Below the pieces are notes generated by a model, which saw nothing but the letters and a program-made list of their open reading frames with translations, made no database searches and was not told where the DNA came from. From the NCBI GenBank assembly GCA_002483285.1, contig DLHP01000033.1, positions 22,980-86,979 on the forward strand: a DNA stretch of 64,000 nucleotides. The letters run 5' to 3'. Both the position numbers and the translations under genes were made by a program. Positions 1 through 10,389 of the stretch are shown one piece after another; position 1 is the first letter of the stretch; every line of letters starts with the position of its first letter. This DNA comes from Flavobacterium sp. UBA7665 (lineage in GTDB: Bacteria > Bacteroidota > Bacteroidia > Flavobacteriales > Flavobacteriaceae).

Positions 1-402
1 CTCGTTGGCCTTTTCGTAGTTTTTTTCTTTTGAGTACAAGATGGCGATGTTGTTGAGTACGGTCATCTCATATTTTGGGTCGAGTTCCCGAAGCGCGATC
101 GTGTAGGCTTCGAGGTAATGGTTGAGCGCTTCGCCATATTCGAGCAACGCGTAATAGTTGGCTCCGATATTATTGATGGCCAGGAACTGCTGCGTGTACC
201 AACGGTTCTTTTCGGCGATGAGGCGCGCCTGGGTAAGCAATTCGAGCGATTTGATGTTTTCATTGCGGTTCATCGCATCGATGCCGTCGCGAATGAGTTG
301 GTCGCAACGATCGGTGGGTGCCGCCTGGGCCATAAGCACAACAAAAAAGCACAGCGACAAACAGTATGAGACAAGGCTGTTATTGCAATTGCTAGAAAAC
401 AT
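1..402 (-). CDS. TPR-repeat protein, probably sensor/regulator (5' part; runs off window edge)
   Basis: Manual translation, not in the ORF track: hydrophobic N-terminus, then TPR-like helices (FLAINNIGANYYALLEYGEALNHYLEAY...VLNNIAILYSKEKNYEKANE). Start codon uncertain. Confidence 0.7.
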   Translation of the reverse strand, partial: MFSSNCNNSLVSYCLSLCFFVVLMAQAAPTDRCDQLIRDGIDAMNRNENIKSLELLTQARLIAEKNRWYTQQFLAINNIGANYYALLEYGEALNHYLEAYTIALRELDPKYEMTVLNNIAILYSKEKNYEKANE

Positions 403-437
403 CAAGGTGTTGTTTAGTTGGAAACGTAAATGTAGGC

Positions 438-477
438 AAAAAAACAGCGCTTTTCCCATTGGGAAAAGCGCTGTTTT
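438..477 (-). terminator. Intrinsic terminator downstream of bioB
   Basis: 17-bp perfect inverted repeat aaaacagcgcttttccc-att-gggaaaagcgctgtttt with an A/T tract. Confidence 0.75.
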
Positions 478-495
478 GTATCATTGTTTGAAGCT

Positions 496-1584
496 CTAAG
501 CTTTGGTTTTACCCGAAGCTTCGAGGTTTCTTTCAATCTGGTGGCCCGGCCTGGTCCATTTTGGTTTCTCGCCCAAGGCTGCAAATTGCGAGTCGGCGGC
601 TTCAACGGTCGGCGGTTGCATGACTTTGATGAACGGTTTCTGAGGAACCAGCCCTAGCATTTCAAACATTTTCATGTCGTCGTTGACATCGGGATTTGGT
701 GTTGTCAATAATTTATCGCCTGCAAAAATCGAGTTGGCTCCGGCAAAGAAACACATCGCCTGGCCTTCGCGACTCATGTTCATTCGTCCGGCAGAAAGAC
801 GTACCTGGGTTTCGGGCATTACGATCCTAGTCGTGGCCACCATTCGGATCATTTCCCAAATTTCTACAGGTTTTTCGTCTTCCATCGGTGTGCCTTCGAC
901 TGCAACGAGTGCGTTGATTGGCACCGATTCGGGTTGTGGATCTAATGTAGCCAAAGCCACGAGCATTCCGGCGCGGTCTTCTATCGATTCGCCCATTCCG
1001 ATGATGCCGCCGCTGCAAACCGTAACATTGGTTTTGCGTACGTTCTCGATGGTTTGGATGCGGTCTTCAAATCCACGCGTAGAAATGACTTCCTTATAAT
1101 ATTCTTCTGAGGTGTCTAAATTGTGGTTGTAGGCGTAGAGGCCGGCTTCGGCTAGGCGTTGTGCCTGGTTCTCGGTGATCATGCCCAAAGTACAGCAAAC
1201 TTCCATATCGAGTTTATTGATGGTACGGACCATCTCTAATACCTGGTCAAACTCAGGGCCGTCTTTTACATTTCGCCAGGCGGCGCCCATGCAAACACGC
1301 GAAGAACCGCTCGATTTGGCGCGCAAAGCCTGCGCTTTGACTTGTTGTACCGACATCAAATCGTTGCCGGTAATATCGGTGTGGTAACGCGCCGCCTGCG
1401 GGCAATAGCCGCAATCTTCTGGGCAACCGCCGGTTTTAATCGATAGTAAGGTAGAAACCTGCACCACATTGGGATCGTGGTGTTGGCGGTGGATGGTGGC
1501 CGCTTCAAAAAGCAGGTCCATCAAAGGCTTGTTGTATATCTCGAGAATTTCGGCTTTGGTCCAGTCGTGTTTGGTGCTGCTCAT
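496..1584 (-). CDS. bioB: Biotin synthase (radical SAM)
   Basis: CPEDCGYCPQ radical SAM motif, YNHNLDT, VPINAL, GANSIF.G.KLLTT. Start set at MSSTKHDW. Confidence 0.97.
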   Translation of the reverse strand: MSSTKHDWTKAEILEIYNKPLMDLLFEAATIHRQHHDPNVVQVSTLLSIKTGGCPEDCGYCPQAARYHTDITGNDLMSVQQVKAQALRAKSSGSSRVCMGAAWRNVKDGPEFDQVLEMVRTINKLDMEVCCTLGMITENQAQRLAEAGLYAYNHNLDTSEEYYKEVISTRGFEDRIQTIENVRKTNVTVCSGGIIGMGESIEDRAGMLVALATLDPQPESVPINALVAVEGTPMEDEKPVEIWEMIRMVATTRIVMPETQVRLSAGRMNMSREGQAMCFFAGANSIFAGDKLLTTPNPDVNDDMKMFEMLGLVPQKPFIKVMQPPTVEAADSQFAALGEKPKWTRPGHQIERNLEASGKTKA

Positions 1585-1694
1585 GGTCGTGCTTTTATTT
1601 GGTTCAAAAGTAGCAAATTCAACCGAAGTAAAAAACAAAAAAATCCCGCTGCAGGAAAGATTCGAACAGCGGGAATTATAATTGGATTTTGGAT

Positions 1695-2147
1695 TTAGTC
1701 TACTTTATTGATGACTTCTACTTTGTTTTTCCAGTATTGCATCAAACAGAAAGACACCATCAATGAGGCAGCTACCGATTCAAACAGTAAACCGATACAA
1801 TATTGGTGGATGGTCAATTCACCACCGCCAAAGATGAAACTTTCGGACAATTTCTCAAGGTAGGGCTTACCGCCTTTAAATTCGATGAATGCGAGCAAAC
1901 CCGCCACGCTTAGTACTGCACCAACCATCGAGGTGATGATGGCTGAAAGGAAATTCGTGTTGTAGCCGCGAATGCCATCGGAGTGGTTTTGGGTCAAGGT
2001 ACGGTTGACACCGTAAATAACAAACACGATGTTGAATATCCTTAGGATGAATTGGTCTGACAATCCCATAAATTGCAGGATCAGGAAGTAAACACCAATT
2101 CCAAGGAAGATAATGAATCCGTTGGCAAGTTCTCTGGAATATTTCAT
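1695..2147 (-). CDS. Small integral membrane protein (DUF4199-like)
   Basis: 150 aa with about 4 hydrophobic segments; family call is tentative. Confidence 0.6.
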   Translation of the reverse strand: MKYSRELANGFIIFLGIGVYFLILQFMGLSDQFILRIFNIVFVIYGVNRTLTQNHSDGIRGYNTNFLSAIITSMVGAVLSVAGLLAFIEFKGGKPYLEKLSESFIFGGGELTIHQYCIGLLFESVAASLMVSFCLMQYWKNKVEVINKVD

Positions 2148-2319
2148 AATGGTTTTTTTTAAGATTACTACAAAACAATGCTTTGTAGTAAAAGTTAGCT
2201 AATTAGATTTGATTCTAGTGTGTCGGGAATTTTGTTATCTAAATTTAAGCAATAAACCAAACCCTAACTTATAAATAAGAAAGAATTTAATACAACTTTA
2301 AACAGGGGAAAGAAAAATA

Positions 2320-3261
2320 CTACAGCTTTAAATTGCTGTTAATGAAATTGTTAGACCAATCACGGTCGGCTTCGATTTGAAGTTTGAGTGTGTTGAGGTC
2401 TTCGAATTTTTGCTCGTCGCGGATGTATGCCAGGAAAGAAACCTCCAGATTTTTTCCGTAAAGGTCGCCTTCAAAGTCAAGGTAATACACTTCGATAGAA
2501 AGCTTGTTGTCGTCGGTGACGGTAGGGTTTGTGCCGATGCTCATCATCCCATAAACGTTTTTCCCGTCGATTGTTGACGCCACCACATAAATGCCTTTTT
2601 TTGGAATCAGTTTGTAATTGGCGCCGATTTCAATGTTGGCGGTGGGGAAACCAATCGTGCGACCGAGCTGTTTGCCTTTGACCACGGTGCCCGTCAGGAA
2701 ATAGCGATAACCCAGATAGTCATTGGCCAGACTGATGTTACCTTGTTCGAGCGCCGTCCTGATTTTGGTAGAGCTGATAGATACTGCGTCGATCTCCTGG
2801 GCAGAAATCTGCTCAACTTCAAAATCGTATTGCTCGCCAAAGGCAATCAAATCGTTGATGTCGGCGGTACGGTTTCGGCCAAAGCGATGGTCGTGACCGA
2901 TAACAATCTTGCCGATGTTGAGCCGGTCGACGAGAATTTCCTGTACAAATTCCTCGGCAGAAAGCCTGGAGAAGGCCTTGTCAAATGGATGGATGATGAG
3001 GCTGTCCAGTCCGGTTTTGGCCAACAAAAGCGTTCGTTCCTCGATGGTGTTGAGCAACCTGATTTCTGACTGTTCCTGGAGCACCATACGCGGATGCGGG
3101 AAAAAAGTCAAAACCACACTTTCTAAATCGCCAGAATCGGTGTGCTGGATTAGTTTTTCGATGATTTTCTGGTGGCCCAGATGCACGCCGTCAAAAGTGC
3201 CTAGTGTGACCACGGTTTTTTTGTTGGATTGGAACTCAGAAATGGATTGAAAAATCTTCAA
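2320..3261 (-). CDS. ribF: Bifunctional riboflavin kinase/FAD synthetase
   Basis: GTFDGVHLGH, ISSTKIR, GRTIGFPTAN motifs. Confidence 0.96.
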   Translation of the reverse strand: MKIFQSISEFQSNKKTVVTLGTFDGVHLGHQKIIEKLIQHTDSGDLESVVLTFFPHPRMVLQEQSEIRLLNTIEERTLLLAKTGLDSLIIHPFDKAFSRLSAEEFVQEILVDRLNIGKIVIGHDHRFGRNRTADINDLIAFGEQYDFEVEQISAQEIDAVSISSTKIRTALEQGNISLANDYLGYRYFLTGTVVKGKQLGRTIGFPTANIEIGANYKLIPKKGIYVVASTIDGKNVYGMMSIGTNPTVTDDNKLSIEVYYLDFEGDLYGKNLEVSFLAYIRDEQKFEDLNTLKLQIEADRDWSNNFINSNLKL

Positions 3262-3424
3262 AGCAGCAGTTTTAACTCCTGCAAATTTAGAATTTCAAAC
3301 GGATATTCAAACCATGGTATTGGGACTTTGTTGTCAAATTATCGGATTTTATTTTTGACGATTTGTCAAGTTTGACAAACAAACTGGCGACATTCTCTCC
3401 AAATGTTGTTAAATCAACAGCTCA

Positions 3425-3457
3425 TTTGCTAAAAATTGAAAAATAATAGTATTTTTG
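3425..3457 (+). promoter_or_regulatory. Bacteroidota sigma-70 promoter (-33 TTTG / -7 TAnnTTTG) for the first metalloprotease
   Basis: TTTG at 3425-3428 and TATTTTTG at 3450-3457, 21-nt spacing. Confidence 0.55.
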
Positions 3458-3479
3458 CGCCCTATCAAAACTATAAAAA

Positions 3480-6179
3480 ATGAAAAAATTATTACTGTTT
3501 TTGGCGATTGTGCTTTCTTTTGCGCAATTGTCTGCTCAAAAAAGCGGCATGTGGAGCAGGGCTTCGGTGGCTCAAATACCGCAATCAGCGAAGATCAGAA
3601 CTACTGATTATTCTGAAAGAGAGCAATTTTACCAACTGAATGTCAATCAGTTGAGACAAGCCTTAACCAACGTTAACGACCGTTCTTCGGGACTGGCTGG
3701 TGTTGAAGTTTCATTTCCAAATATAGATGGACAAATGGAGCAATTCATGGTTTGGGAAAATTCTAATTTTGCGCCAGAATTGCAAGCAAGATTTCCGCAG
3801 ATCAGGGCCTATGTTGGGCACAGCCTTGCAGACAGAAGCGCGACCATCAATTTTAGTTTGTCACCACTTGGTGTGCAAACGATGGTGTTAAGGGCTGATA
3901 ATAATTCTGAGTTTATTGAATCGTACACCAAAGACCGTTCGGTTTACGTGTTGTTTGATTCGAAAACCAGGATGACCAACCGTTTGCCTTTCAAGTGTGC
4001 TACCGTTGATCAAAGGTTGGTACAAGACATCACAACAAATGGCGACGTCTTGAACCGTTCTAACGACCAAACCTACAAAACCATGCGTTTGGCTTTGTCT
4101 GTTGTGGGCGAGTATACGCAATATTTCGGTGGGACCGTTGCAGGTGCCATGGCCGGAATGAACGCTTCGATGACCAGGGTGAATGGTGTACTTGAAAAAG
4201 ATGTGGCCTTACACCTAAACATGATTCCTAACAATGACCTTTTGGTGTATACCAATCCAAATACCGACCCGTATTCGGGAGCGGCCGCAGGTTCGGGCGG
4301 TGCTTGGAATGCGGAGGTGCAAAGTACCATTACTTCGGTGATTGGTGAAGCCAATTATGACATCGGACACTTATTTGGAGCCGATGGCGGTGGTGGAAAC
4401 GCCGGTTGCATCGGTTGCGTTTGCGTCAGCCCAACTGCTCAAGTACCGCTCGGAAAAGGAAGCGCATTTACGTCTCCATACGATGCAATCCCTGCAGGAG
4501 ACAATTATGATATCGACTACGTAGTGCATGAAATGGGGCACCAACTGGGCGCGACGCACACTTTTTCGAATGAGGTGGAGTCGGCAGGGTCGAATGTAGA
4601 GCCAGGCAGTGGATCTACTATTATGGGTTATGCTGGAATTGTTGCTCCTGCTAATTTAAACGTGCAGGCGCATTCAGACGCTTACTATGTATACAAAAGC
4701 ATTCAACAAATCCAAACCAACCTGGCAGCTAAAACTTGTCCGGTGAGCGTGACGGTAAACAATACGCCGCCAACCGTTTCTGCGGGTGCAGATTTTACCA
4801 TCCCTAAAGGCACCGCTTTTATCTTAAAAGGAGTGGTTTCTGATGCGCAAGGTGATGCACTCACTTATTGCTGGGAGCAAAACAACAATGCGCCTGGCTC
4901 GCAATCGGGAGCAAACAGTATTTGTTATGCTACCAAAACTACGGGTCCAAACTTCAGGTCGTTCTCGCCAACTACAACCCCCGATCGTTACATGCCAGCT
5001 TTCTCTAAGGTTTTGGCAGGAACGCTCACCACAACTTGGGAATCGGTTAACACTACTGCAAGAACTTCAAGATATACCTTGACTGTTAGGGACAATAATG
5101 TTACCGGGCAGCAAACCAATACCGATGAAGTACTCGTTACAACAAGCGGAACAGTCGGACCATTCGCCTTTACGTCTCAGAATACAACTTCAGCTTGGAA
5201 TCTTGGCGAAAACCAAACCATTACCTGGGATGTTAACAATACCAACACTTTGCCTGGTTCTGCCAACGTCAATATTAAATTGTCGACCGATGGCGGTTTG
5301 ACTTTCCCATACATCCTGGCTGCAGACACGCCAAACGACGGTAGCGAGGTCATTGCTGTTCCTGATGTATCGCCATCATTGACTTGTAGGCTTTTGATTG
5401 AGCCAACCGGAAACGTTTATTATGCCGTAAATTCAGCGAATTTTTACATTGGATACACCATCGTAACCAGTTGCAACACCTATACTTTCAATACGCCATT
5501 CGCTATTCCTAACGGTTCTAATAGTTATACCGTAAAAAGTATCAATGTGCCAGCCGGAGGTATTATCAGTGACGTAAACATCACAGTGAATGCCACACAC
5601 CCAAACCTCCAAAACTTAACTATTGCGGTAATCAGGCCAAATGGAGGAACATTACAGCCGTTGTTCGCGCAACAATGTGCCGGAAACGCCGATATGAATG
5701 TAACTTTTGACCAACAAGGAGGCACTTTCACTTGTGCAAGCCCAACCGCCGGAACTTACGCACCGCCAACAGTGACCAACATGAATACTGCATTCAACGG
5801 TTTCAACCCAGTAGGAAACTGGCAATTTGGATTCAAGGACACGGTAGCTGGCGCAGATGCCGGAACTGTTAACTCTATTGCGCTTGAAGTTTGTTCGCAG
5901 ACTACCATACTAAGTACACAAGATTTTGGTTTCGAAGGATTTGCCCTGTACCCGAATCCAAGCAACGGTACCTTTAAAGTGCAATTCAACTCGACTGCTT
6001 CAGGTAAAGTTAACGTAGCGGTGCACGACATGAGCGGCAGACGAATTTTTGATAGATCGTATGCCAACTCGGGATTGTTTGCAGAAGATATCCAATTGGG
6101 CAATGCGCAGGCAGGTGTTTATTTGGTGTCGGTTACAGACGGAGCCAAAAAGATTGTTAAGCGAATTGTAATCCAGTAA
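3480..6179 (+). CDS. T9SS-secreted reprolysin-like (M12B) zinc metalloprotease with P-domain and C-terminal sorting domain
   Basis: Signal peptide, HEMGHQLGATH zinc motif, SGSTIMGYAG Met-turn, P-domain-like GNWQFGFKD...DAGTVNS, CTD LYPNPS...GVYLV...KRIVIQ. Confidence 0.9.
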   Translation: MKKLLLFLAIVLSFAQLSAQKSGMWSRASVAQIPQSAKIRTTDYSEREQFYQLNVNQLRQALTNVNDRSSGLAGVEVSFPNIDGQMEQFMVWENSNFAPELQARFPQIRAYVGHSLADRSATINFSLSPLGVQTMVLRADNNSEFIESYTKDRSVYVLFDSKTRMTNRLPFKCATVDQRLVQDITTNGDVLNRSNDQTYKTMRLALSVVGEYTQYFGGTVAGAMAGMNASMTRVNGVLEKDVALHLNMIPNNDLLVYTNPNTDPYSGAAAGSGGAWNAEVQSTITSVIGEANYDIGHLFGADGGGGNAGCIGCVCVSPTAQVPLGKGSAFTSPYDAIPAGDNYDIDYVVHEMGHQLGATHTFSNEVESAGSNVEPGSGSTIMGYAGIVAPANLNVQAHSDAYYVYKSIQQIQTNLAAKTCPVSVTVNNTPPTVSAGADFTIPKGTAFILKGVVSDAQGDALTYCWEQNNNAPGSQSGANSICYATKTTGPNFRSFSPTTTPDRYMPAFSKVLAGTLTTTWESVNTTARTSRYTLTVRDNNVTGQQTNTDEVLVTTSGTVGPFAFTSQNTTSAWNLGENQTITWDVNNTNTLPGSANVNIKLSTDGGLTFPYILAADTPNDGSEVIAVPDVSPSLTCRLLIEPTGNVYYAVNSANFYIGYTIVTSCNTYTFNTPFAIPNGSNSYTVKSINVPAGGIISDVNITVNATHPNLQNLTIAVIRPNGGTLQPLFAQQCAGNADMNVTFDQQGGTFTCASPTAGTYAPPTVTNMNTAFNGFNPVGNWQFGFKDTVAGADAGTVNSIALEVCSQTTILSTQDFGFEGFALYPNPSNGTFKVQFNSTASGKVNVAVHDMSGRRIFDRSYANSGLFAEDIQLGNAQAGVYLVSVTDGAKKIVKRIVIQ

Positions 6180-6199
6180 TTTACAAATCACAAATATTT

Positions 6200-6228
6200 A
6201 AAGCGTCTCTTTTCGGGACGCTTTTTTT
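6200..6228 (+). terminator. Intrinsic terminator between the two proteases
   Basis: aaagcgtctc-tttt-cgggacgcttt stem followed by a T tract. Confidence 0.7.
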
Positions 6229-6261
6229 ATTAACTTTACTGTCCTAATAACCAATCTCCTA

Positions 6262-8952
6262 TTGACTATGAAAAAAATGTTACTCCTGCTTGTTGCCATT
6301 TTCATGACTTTGGGCGCCTTTGCGCAGCAGTCGATTTGGCAAAAAATCAAACCCGAACAGGCAACTTCAGAAAAGTTGCATCGCGATTCCAATCCGTCTA
6401 AATTCTTAGTATACGCGCTCAATATGGACGCGCTCAAGCAACAATTGCAAACCGCACCTTCAAGGCTAAGCAATACAGAATCCAATACGATTGTGTCTTT
6501 CCCGACTCCTCAAGGCGAACTGCAAAGATTTAGGATTTACGAGGCCTCGATCATGAATCCTGAACTTGCTTCGAGATTCACAGACATTCAATCGTATGTG
6601 GGAATCGGTCTCGATGATAAATCGGCCACGATTCGTTTCAGTACGACCTTATTTGGTTTGCACACCATGACTTTCTCTGGTGTTCAGGGTACATCTTTCA
6701 TCGATCCGTATACGGTAGACAAAAAGAACTACATGGTCTTTAATAAGGCCGACCTGACCACTACCAAAAGTTTTGAATGCGGTGTACTAGACACGCCCGA
6801 CAATCTTGTCGAGGACATAGATGTTCAGGGGCCGTTGTATCGTGTGAATAACAGCTTGTTCAAGACCTTCAGGCTTGCTTTGTCGTGTACTATAGAATAT
6901 GCGGCTTTCCACGTCAACGCGGCGGGCTTAGGCGGCGGCACACTTATCCAGAAAAAGGCCGCAGTATTGGCTGCTATGGTTGTCACGATGACCAGGGTTA
7001 ACGGGGTTTTTGAAAAGGACATGTCGATGACCTTGCAACTCATTGCCAATAACGACGCCATTATCAATATCACGTCAGATAATTTGGATAATAATAATAA
7101 TGCCAATGTTCTTTTACAACAGAACCAGGATTTTATTGATTCGGTAATCGGAAATGCCAATTATGACATCGGTCACGTTGCCACGACAGGCGGTGGAGGT
7201 GTGGCTTCGCAAGGGCCTTGCCAACCAACATCTAAGGCGAAAGGGGTAACCGGTTTACCCTCACCGGTAGGCGACGAGTATGATATTGATTTTGTTGCGC
7301 ACGAAATGGGACACCAATTTGGCGCTTCGCACACCTTTAACGGCGATGCCGAAAACTGCGGTGGAGGAAATCGCGTGACTTCATCAGCTTACGAGCCGGG
7401 TAGCGGAACGACCATCATGGGTTATGCAGGAATTTGTGCACCACAGAATGTTCAAAACAACTCAGATGCTTATTACCATGCCAGAAGCATCATCCAAATG
7501 AGCGCTTATTTGGTTAATAATGACAATTGCTCGGTGTCGGTGCCAAGCGGTAATACGCCGCCAACGGTGAGCGCCGGAGCCAATTATACGATTCCTTACG
7601 GGACTGCTTTTGTATTGACGGGATCAGCTACCGACGCTGAAAATCAAGCCGGATTGACCTATTGCTGGGAACAGTACAATTTTAATATTTCAACACAACC
7701 ACCTGTGGCTTCCAGTGCAACAGGTCCTAATTTCAGGTCTTTCAACCCGACCGTTTCCCCGAGTAGGTATTTCCCGAGATTTCAAGATGTCCTGGCCAAC
7801 AACCTTACCCCAACCTGGGAAGTTGTCCCCAACGTTGCCCGAATTATGACGTTTTCTCTCGTGGCACGTGACAACCAAACGGTAAACGGCGGACAAACCG
7901 AAAGGGCTACAATGAATGTGACCTTTGCCAATACCGGGCCTTTCAAAGTGACTTCGCAAGCCACGCTCGAAGCTTGGCCACAAGGCTCGTCGCAAACCGT
8001 AACCTGGGATGTGGCAGGAACAACGGCAAATGGCATCAACACTGCCAATGTCAATATACGTATGTCTATTGATGGCGGGGCGACCTTCCCGATTATGCTT
8101 GCCGCCAACACGCCAAACGACGGGTCTGAAGCGATTACCACGCCCAATTTCACCTCACAAACCTGCAGAATCTTGATTGAAGCGGTAGACAATATATTCT
8201 ATGCTGTAAACAGTGCGACTTTCTATGTGGGATACCAATTGGTGACTACTTGTCGCACGTACACATTCAATACGCCTTTTGCGGTGCCAAACGGTTCTAA
8301 TTCTTATACCGTTAAAACTATCAATGTACCGGATCCGGGCGTAATCAGCGATGTAAATATCACCATCAATGCCACGCACCCCAACCTGCAAAACCTTACC
8401 ATGGCTGTAATCAGGCCAAACGGAGGAACCCTGAGCACGTTGTTTACCCAACAATGTTCAGGCAATGCAGATATGAATGTGACCTTTGACGCGCAAGGAA
8501 GCCCTTTTACCTGTGCAAGCCCCACCGTAGGGACTTATGTTCCGGCATCGGGATACAACCTGAATCTCATGAATGGTTTTAATCCGGTAGGGAACTGGCA
8601 GTTTGGGTTCAAGGACAATGTGGCCGGAGCCGATTCGGGAACAATCAATTCGATAACCCTTGAGGTTTGTTCGCAATCGTTACTAGCAGTTTCAGATTAT
8701 GAATTTGAGAATTTTGCGTTGTATCCGAATCCGAACAAAGGTAACTTTACCGTACAGTTCGAATCGCGATCAGGCAATAAAATCAATATAGCGATTCACG
8801 ATATGAGCGGTAGAAAAATCTTCGACAAGCACTACAACAACAACGGATTGTTTGCTCAGGATTTGCAACTCGATAATGCGCAAGCCGGCGTTTATCTGGT
8901 ATCAATTACCGATGGCAGTAAAAGGACCGTAAAACGCATCGTTGTTCAATAA
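6262..8952 (+). CDS. Second, tandem T9SS-secreted M12B metalloprotease paralog
   Basis: HEMGHQFGASH, SGTTIMGYAG, same domain order and CTD (LYPNPNKG...KRIVVQ). Confidence 0.9.
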   Translation: MTMKKMLLLLVAIFMTLGAFAQQSIWQKIKPEQATSEKLHRDSNPSKFLVYALNMDALKQQLQTAPSRLSNTESNTIVSFPTPQGELQRFRIYEASIMNPELASRFTDIQSYVGIGLDDKSATIRFSTTLFGLHTMTFSGVQGTSFIDPYTVDKKNYMVFNKADLTTTKSFECGVLDTPDNLVEDIDVQGPLYRVNNSLFKTFRLALSCTIEYAAFHVNAAGLGGGTLIQKKAAVLAAMVVTMTRVNGVFEKDMSMTLQLIANNDAIINITSDNLDNNNNANVLLQQNQDFIDSVIGNANYDIGHVATTGGGGVASQGPCQPTSKAKGVTGLPSPVGDEYDIDFVAHEMGHQFGASHTFNGDAENCGGGNRVTSSAYEPGSGTTIMGYAGICAPQNVQNNSDAYYHARSIIQMSAYLVNNDNCSVSVPSGNTPPTVSAGANYTIPYGTAFVLTGSATDAENQAGLTYCWEQYNFNISTQPPVASSATGPNFRSFNPTVSPSRYFPRFQDVLANNLTPTWEVVPNVARIMTFSLVARDNQTVNGGQTERATMNVTFANTGPFKVTSQATLEAWPQGSSQTVTWDVAGTTANGINTANVNIRMSIDGGATFPIMLAANTPNDGSEAITTPNFTSQTCRILIEAVDNIFYAVNSATFYVGYQLVTTCRTYTFNTPFAVPNGSNSYTVKTINVPDPGVISDVNITINATHPNLQNLTMAVIRPNGGTLSTLFTQQCSGNADMNVTFDAQGSPFTCASPTVGTYVPASGYNLNLMNGFNPVGNWQFGFKDNVAGADSGTINSITLEVCSQSLLAVSDYEFENFALYPNPNKGNFTVQFESRSGNKINIAIHDMSGRKIFDKHYNNNGLFAQDLQLDNAQAGVYLVSITDGSKRTVKRIVVQ

Positions 8953-8972
8953 ACAAGAGTGAAATAAAAAAC

Positions 8973-9001
8973 AAAACGCCCGCATATCGCGGGCGTTTTT
9001 T
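8973..9001. terminator. Bidirectional terminator between convergent genes
   Basis: aaaacgcccgc-atatc-gcgggcgtttt. Confidence 0.75.
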
Positions 9002-9509
9002 ATTTGAGTTGGAATGCGAGTGATTTAATGACCTGCGGCACTTCACTGACTTCAAATTCAAGCAAGCCCGTTTTCGCGGTTTTGCTGCCGTTGATGTTGA
9101 GCGCGCCTTTCTCAACCTTGTAATAACCGGTTTGGCCTTTGCAGAAACAGAACCGGCCGTAAAGCATTTTAATGTTTTGCAATGATTTATCGGTTAGGAT
9201 TACCGCATCGGGGTTTTGCCCGATTTCAAAAATTACTTCCTCGCGATAGCCGCCATCCTGGATATCGCCTTTTACATTACGGGAAAATTCGTATTTGATG
9301 ACGTTCGTTGCCGCACTTTCGGAGAGTTCATAATAGTCGTTGCCAAACGCGTCTTTTTTGAGCTCGATTCCTTTGTTTTTGATAAGTTCAATGGTGCACT
9401 TTGAATTTTTCGGACAATCGCCTGTGAGCGCAACGGTAGTCACCACGGCTTGTTTTTGCGCGCTGCACGCCAACAACATAAAGCTAAAAATCGCAATTGT
9501 TTTTTTCAT
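9000..9509 (-). CDS. Hypothetical lipoprotein
   Basis: MKKTIAIFSFMLLAC lipobox, 169 aa. Confidence 0.7.
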   Translation of the reverse strand: MKKTIAIFSFMLLACSAQKQAVVTTVALTGDCPKNSKCTIELIKNKGIELKKDAFGNDYYELSESAATNVIKYEFSRNVKGDIQDGGYREEVIFEIGQNPDAVILTDKSLQNIKMLYGRFCFCKGQTGYYKVEKGALNINGSKTAKTGLLEFEVSEVPQVIKSLAFQLK

Positions 9510-9511
9510 TA

Positions 9512-10126
9512 TTACTTGCCGTTAAAAGTAGTCATCGTGTTTTCAAGCCCGGCTGTCCCGAATGAGCGGATAATCTCGCTGGCCAACGCGAGCCTTTCGG
9601 GCAATTTCGCACGTTCTTGCTCGTCCCAGTCGCCCAGAACGTAGTTGGCCTGTTGGCCTTTCTTGAACTCATCGCTAATCCCAAACCTAAAACGCGTGTA
9701 ATTTTGCGTATTGAGCACGAGGTTGATGTTTTTTAGTCCGTTGTGTCCGCCGTCACTGCCTTTGGGTTTGATGCGGATGGTCCCGAACGGAAGGTTCAAG
9801 TCATCGGTAATCACCATGAGGTTTTCTTGTGGAATGTTTTCTTTATCGAGCCAGTATTGCACGGCCTTTCCACTCAGGTTCATATAGGTATTGGGCTTGA
9901 GCAGAAAAAACGTACGGCCCTTGAATTTGTACTGGGCCAAAGCACCAAGTCTCACGGTTTCAAATGACAGCGATTCTTTCTCAGCAAGAAAGTCAAGCAC
10001 CCTGAAACCGATGTTGTGCCGCGTATTGACATATTCAGCGCCGATGTTCCCGAGTCCGACGATTAAGTACTTCTTCATATAGTCTGTTGGTTCTTTGGTT
10101 TGGAATAGATTGGTGAGCCATTTCAT
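9512..10126 (-). CDS. pth: Peptidyl-tRNA hydrolase
   Basis: GLGNIG..Y..TRHNIGF, KPNTYMNLSG, GGHNGLK. Confidence 0.96.
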   Translation of the reverse strand: MKWLTNLFQTKEPTDYMKKYLIVGLGNIGAEYVNTRHNIGFRVLDFLAEKESLSFETVRLGALAQYKFKGRTFFLLKPNTYMNLSGKAVQYWLDKENIPQENLMVITDDLNLPFGTIRIKPKGSDGGHNGLKNINLVLNTQNYTRFRFGISDEFKKGQQANYVLGDWDEQERAKLPERLALASEIIRSFGTAGLENTMTTFNGK

Positions 10127-10201
10127 GAGGCAAAGATAGGAAAAGTCGAAAGGTGAAAGTCGAAAGTCGAAAGAGAAAAGCACCAGGAAAGACGGATGCT
10201 T

Positions 10202-10294
10202 GCGTTAGCGGTTGAAGCGGTTATCCTTTTAGGGTCGTAGTGCAACGGAGGCCCTAAAAGATAATAGCGGAAGGCGCGGCCGCAGGCAACGCCC
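10202..10294 (-). repeat. REP-like palindromic intergenic element, copy A
   Basis: Reverse complement of gggcgttgcctgcggccgcgc.ttccgct...atctttt...aaaaggataaccgcttc.a.cgctaacgc; related copies at 11069, 33249, 43375. Confidence 0.7.
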
Positions 10295-10298
10295 AAAA

Positions 10299-10330
10299 AT
10301 AAAAAAACCCCGTCTTTCGACGAGGTTTCT
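10299..10330 (-). terminator. Terminator of rplY
   Basis: A tract plus aaaccccgtc-tttc-gacgaggttt stem. Confidence 0.65.
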
Positions 10331-10389
10331 TAAAGGATATAATTTGAAAGGTTTGAATGTCTTTCGACTTTCGACTTTTCTCTTTCGAC

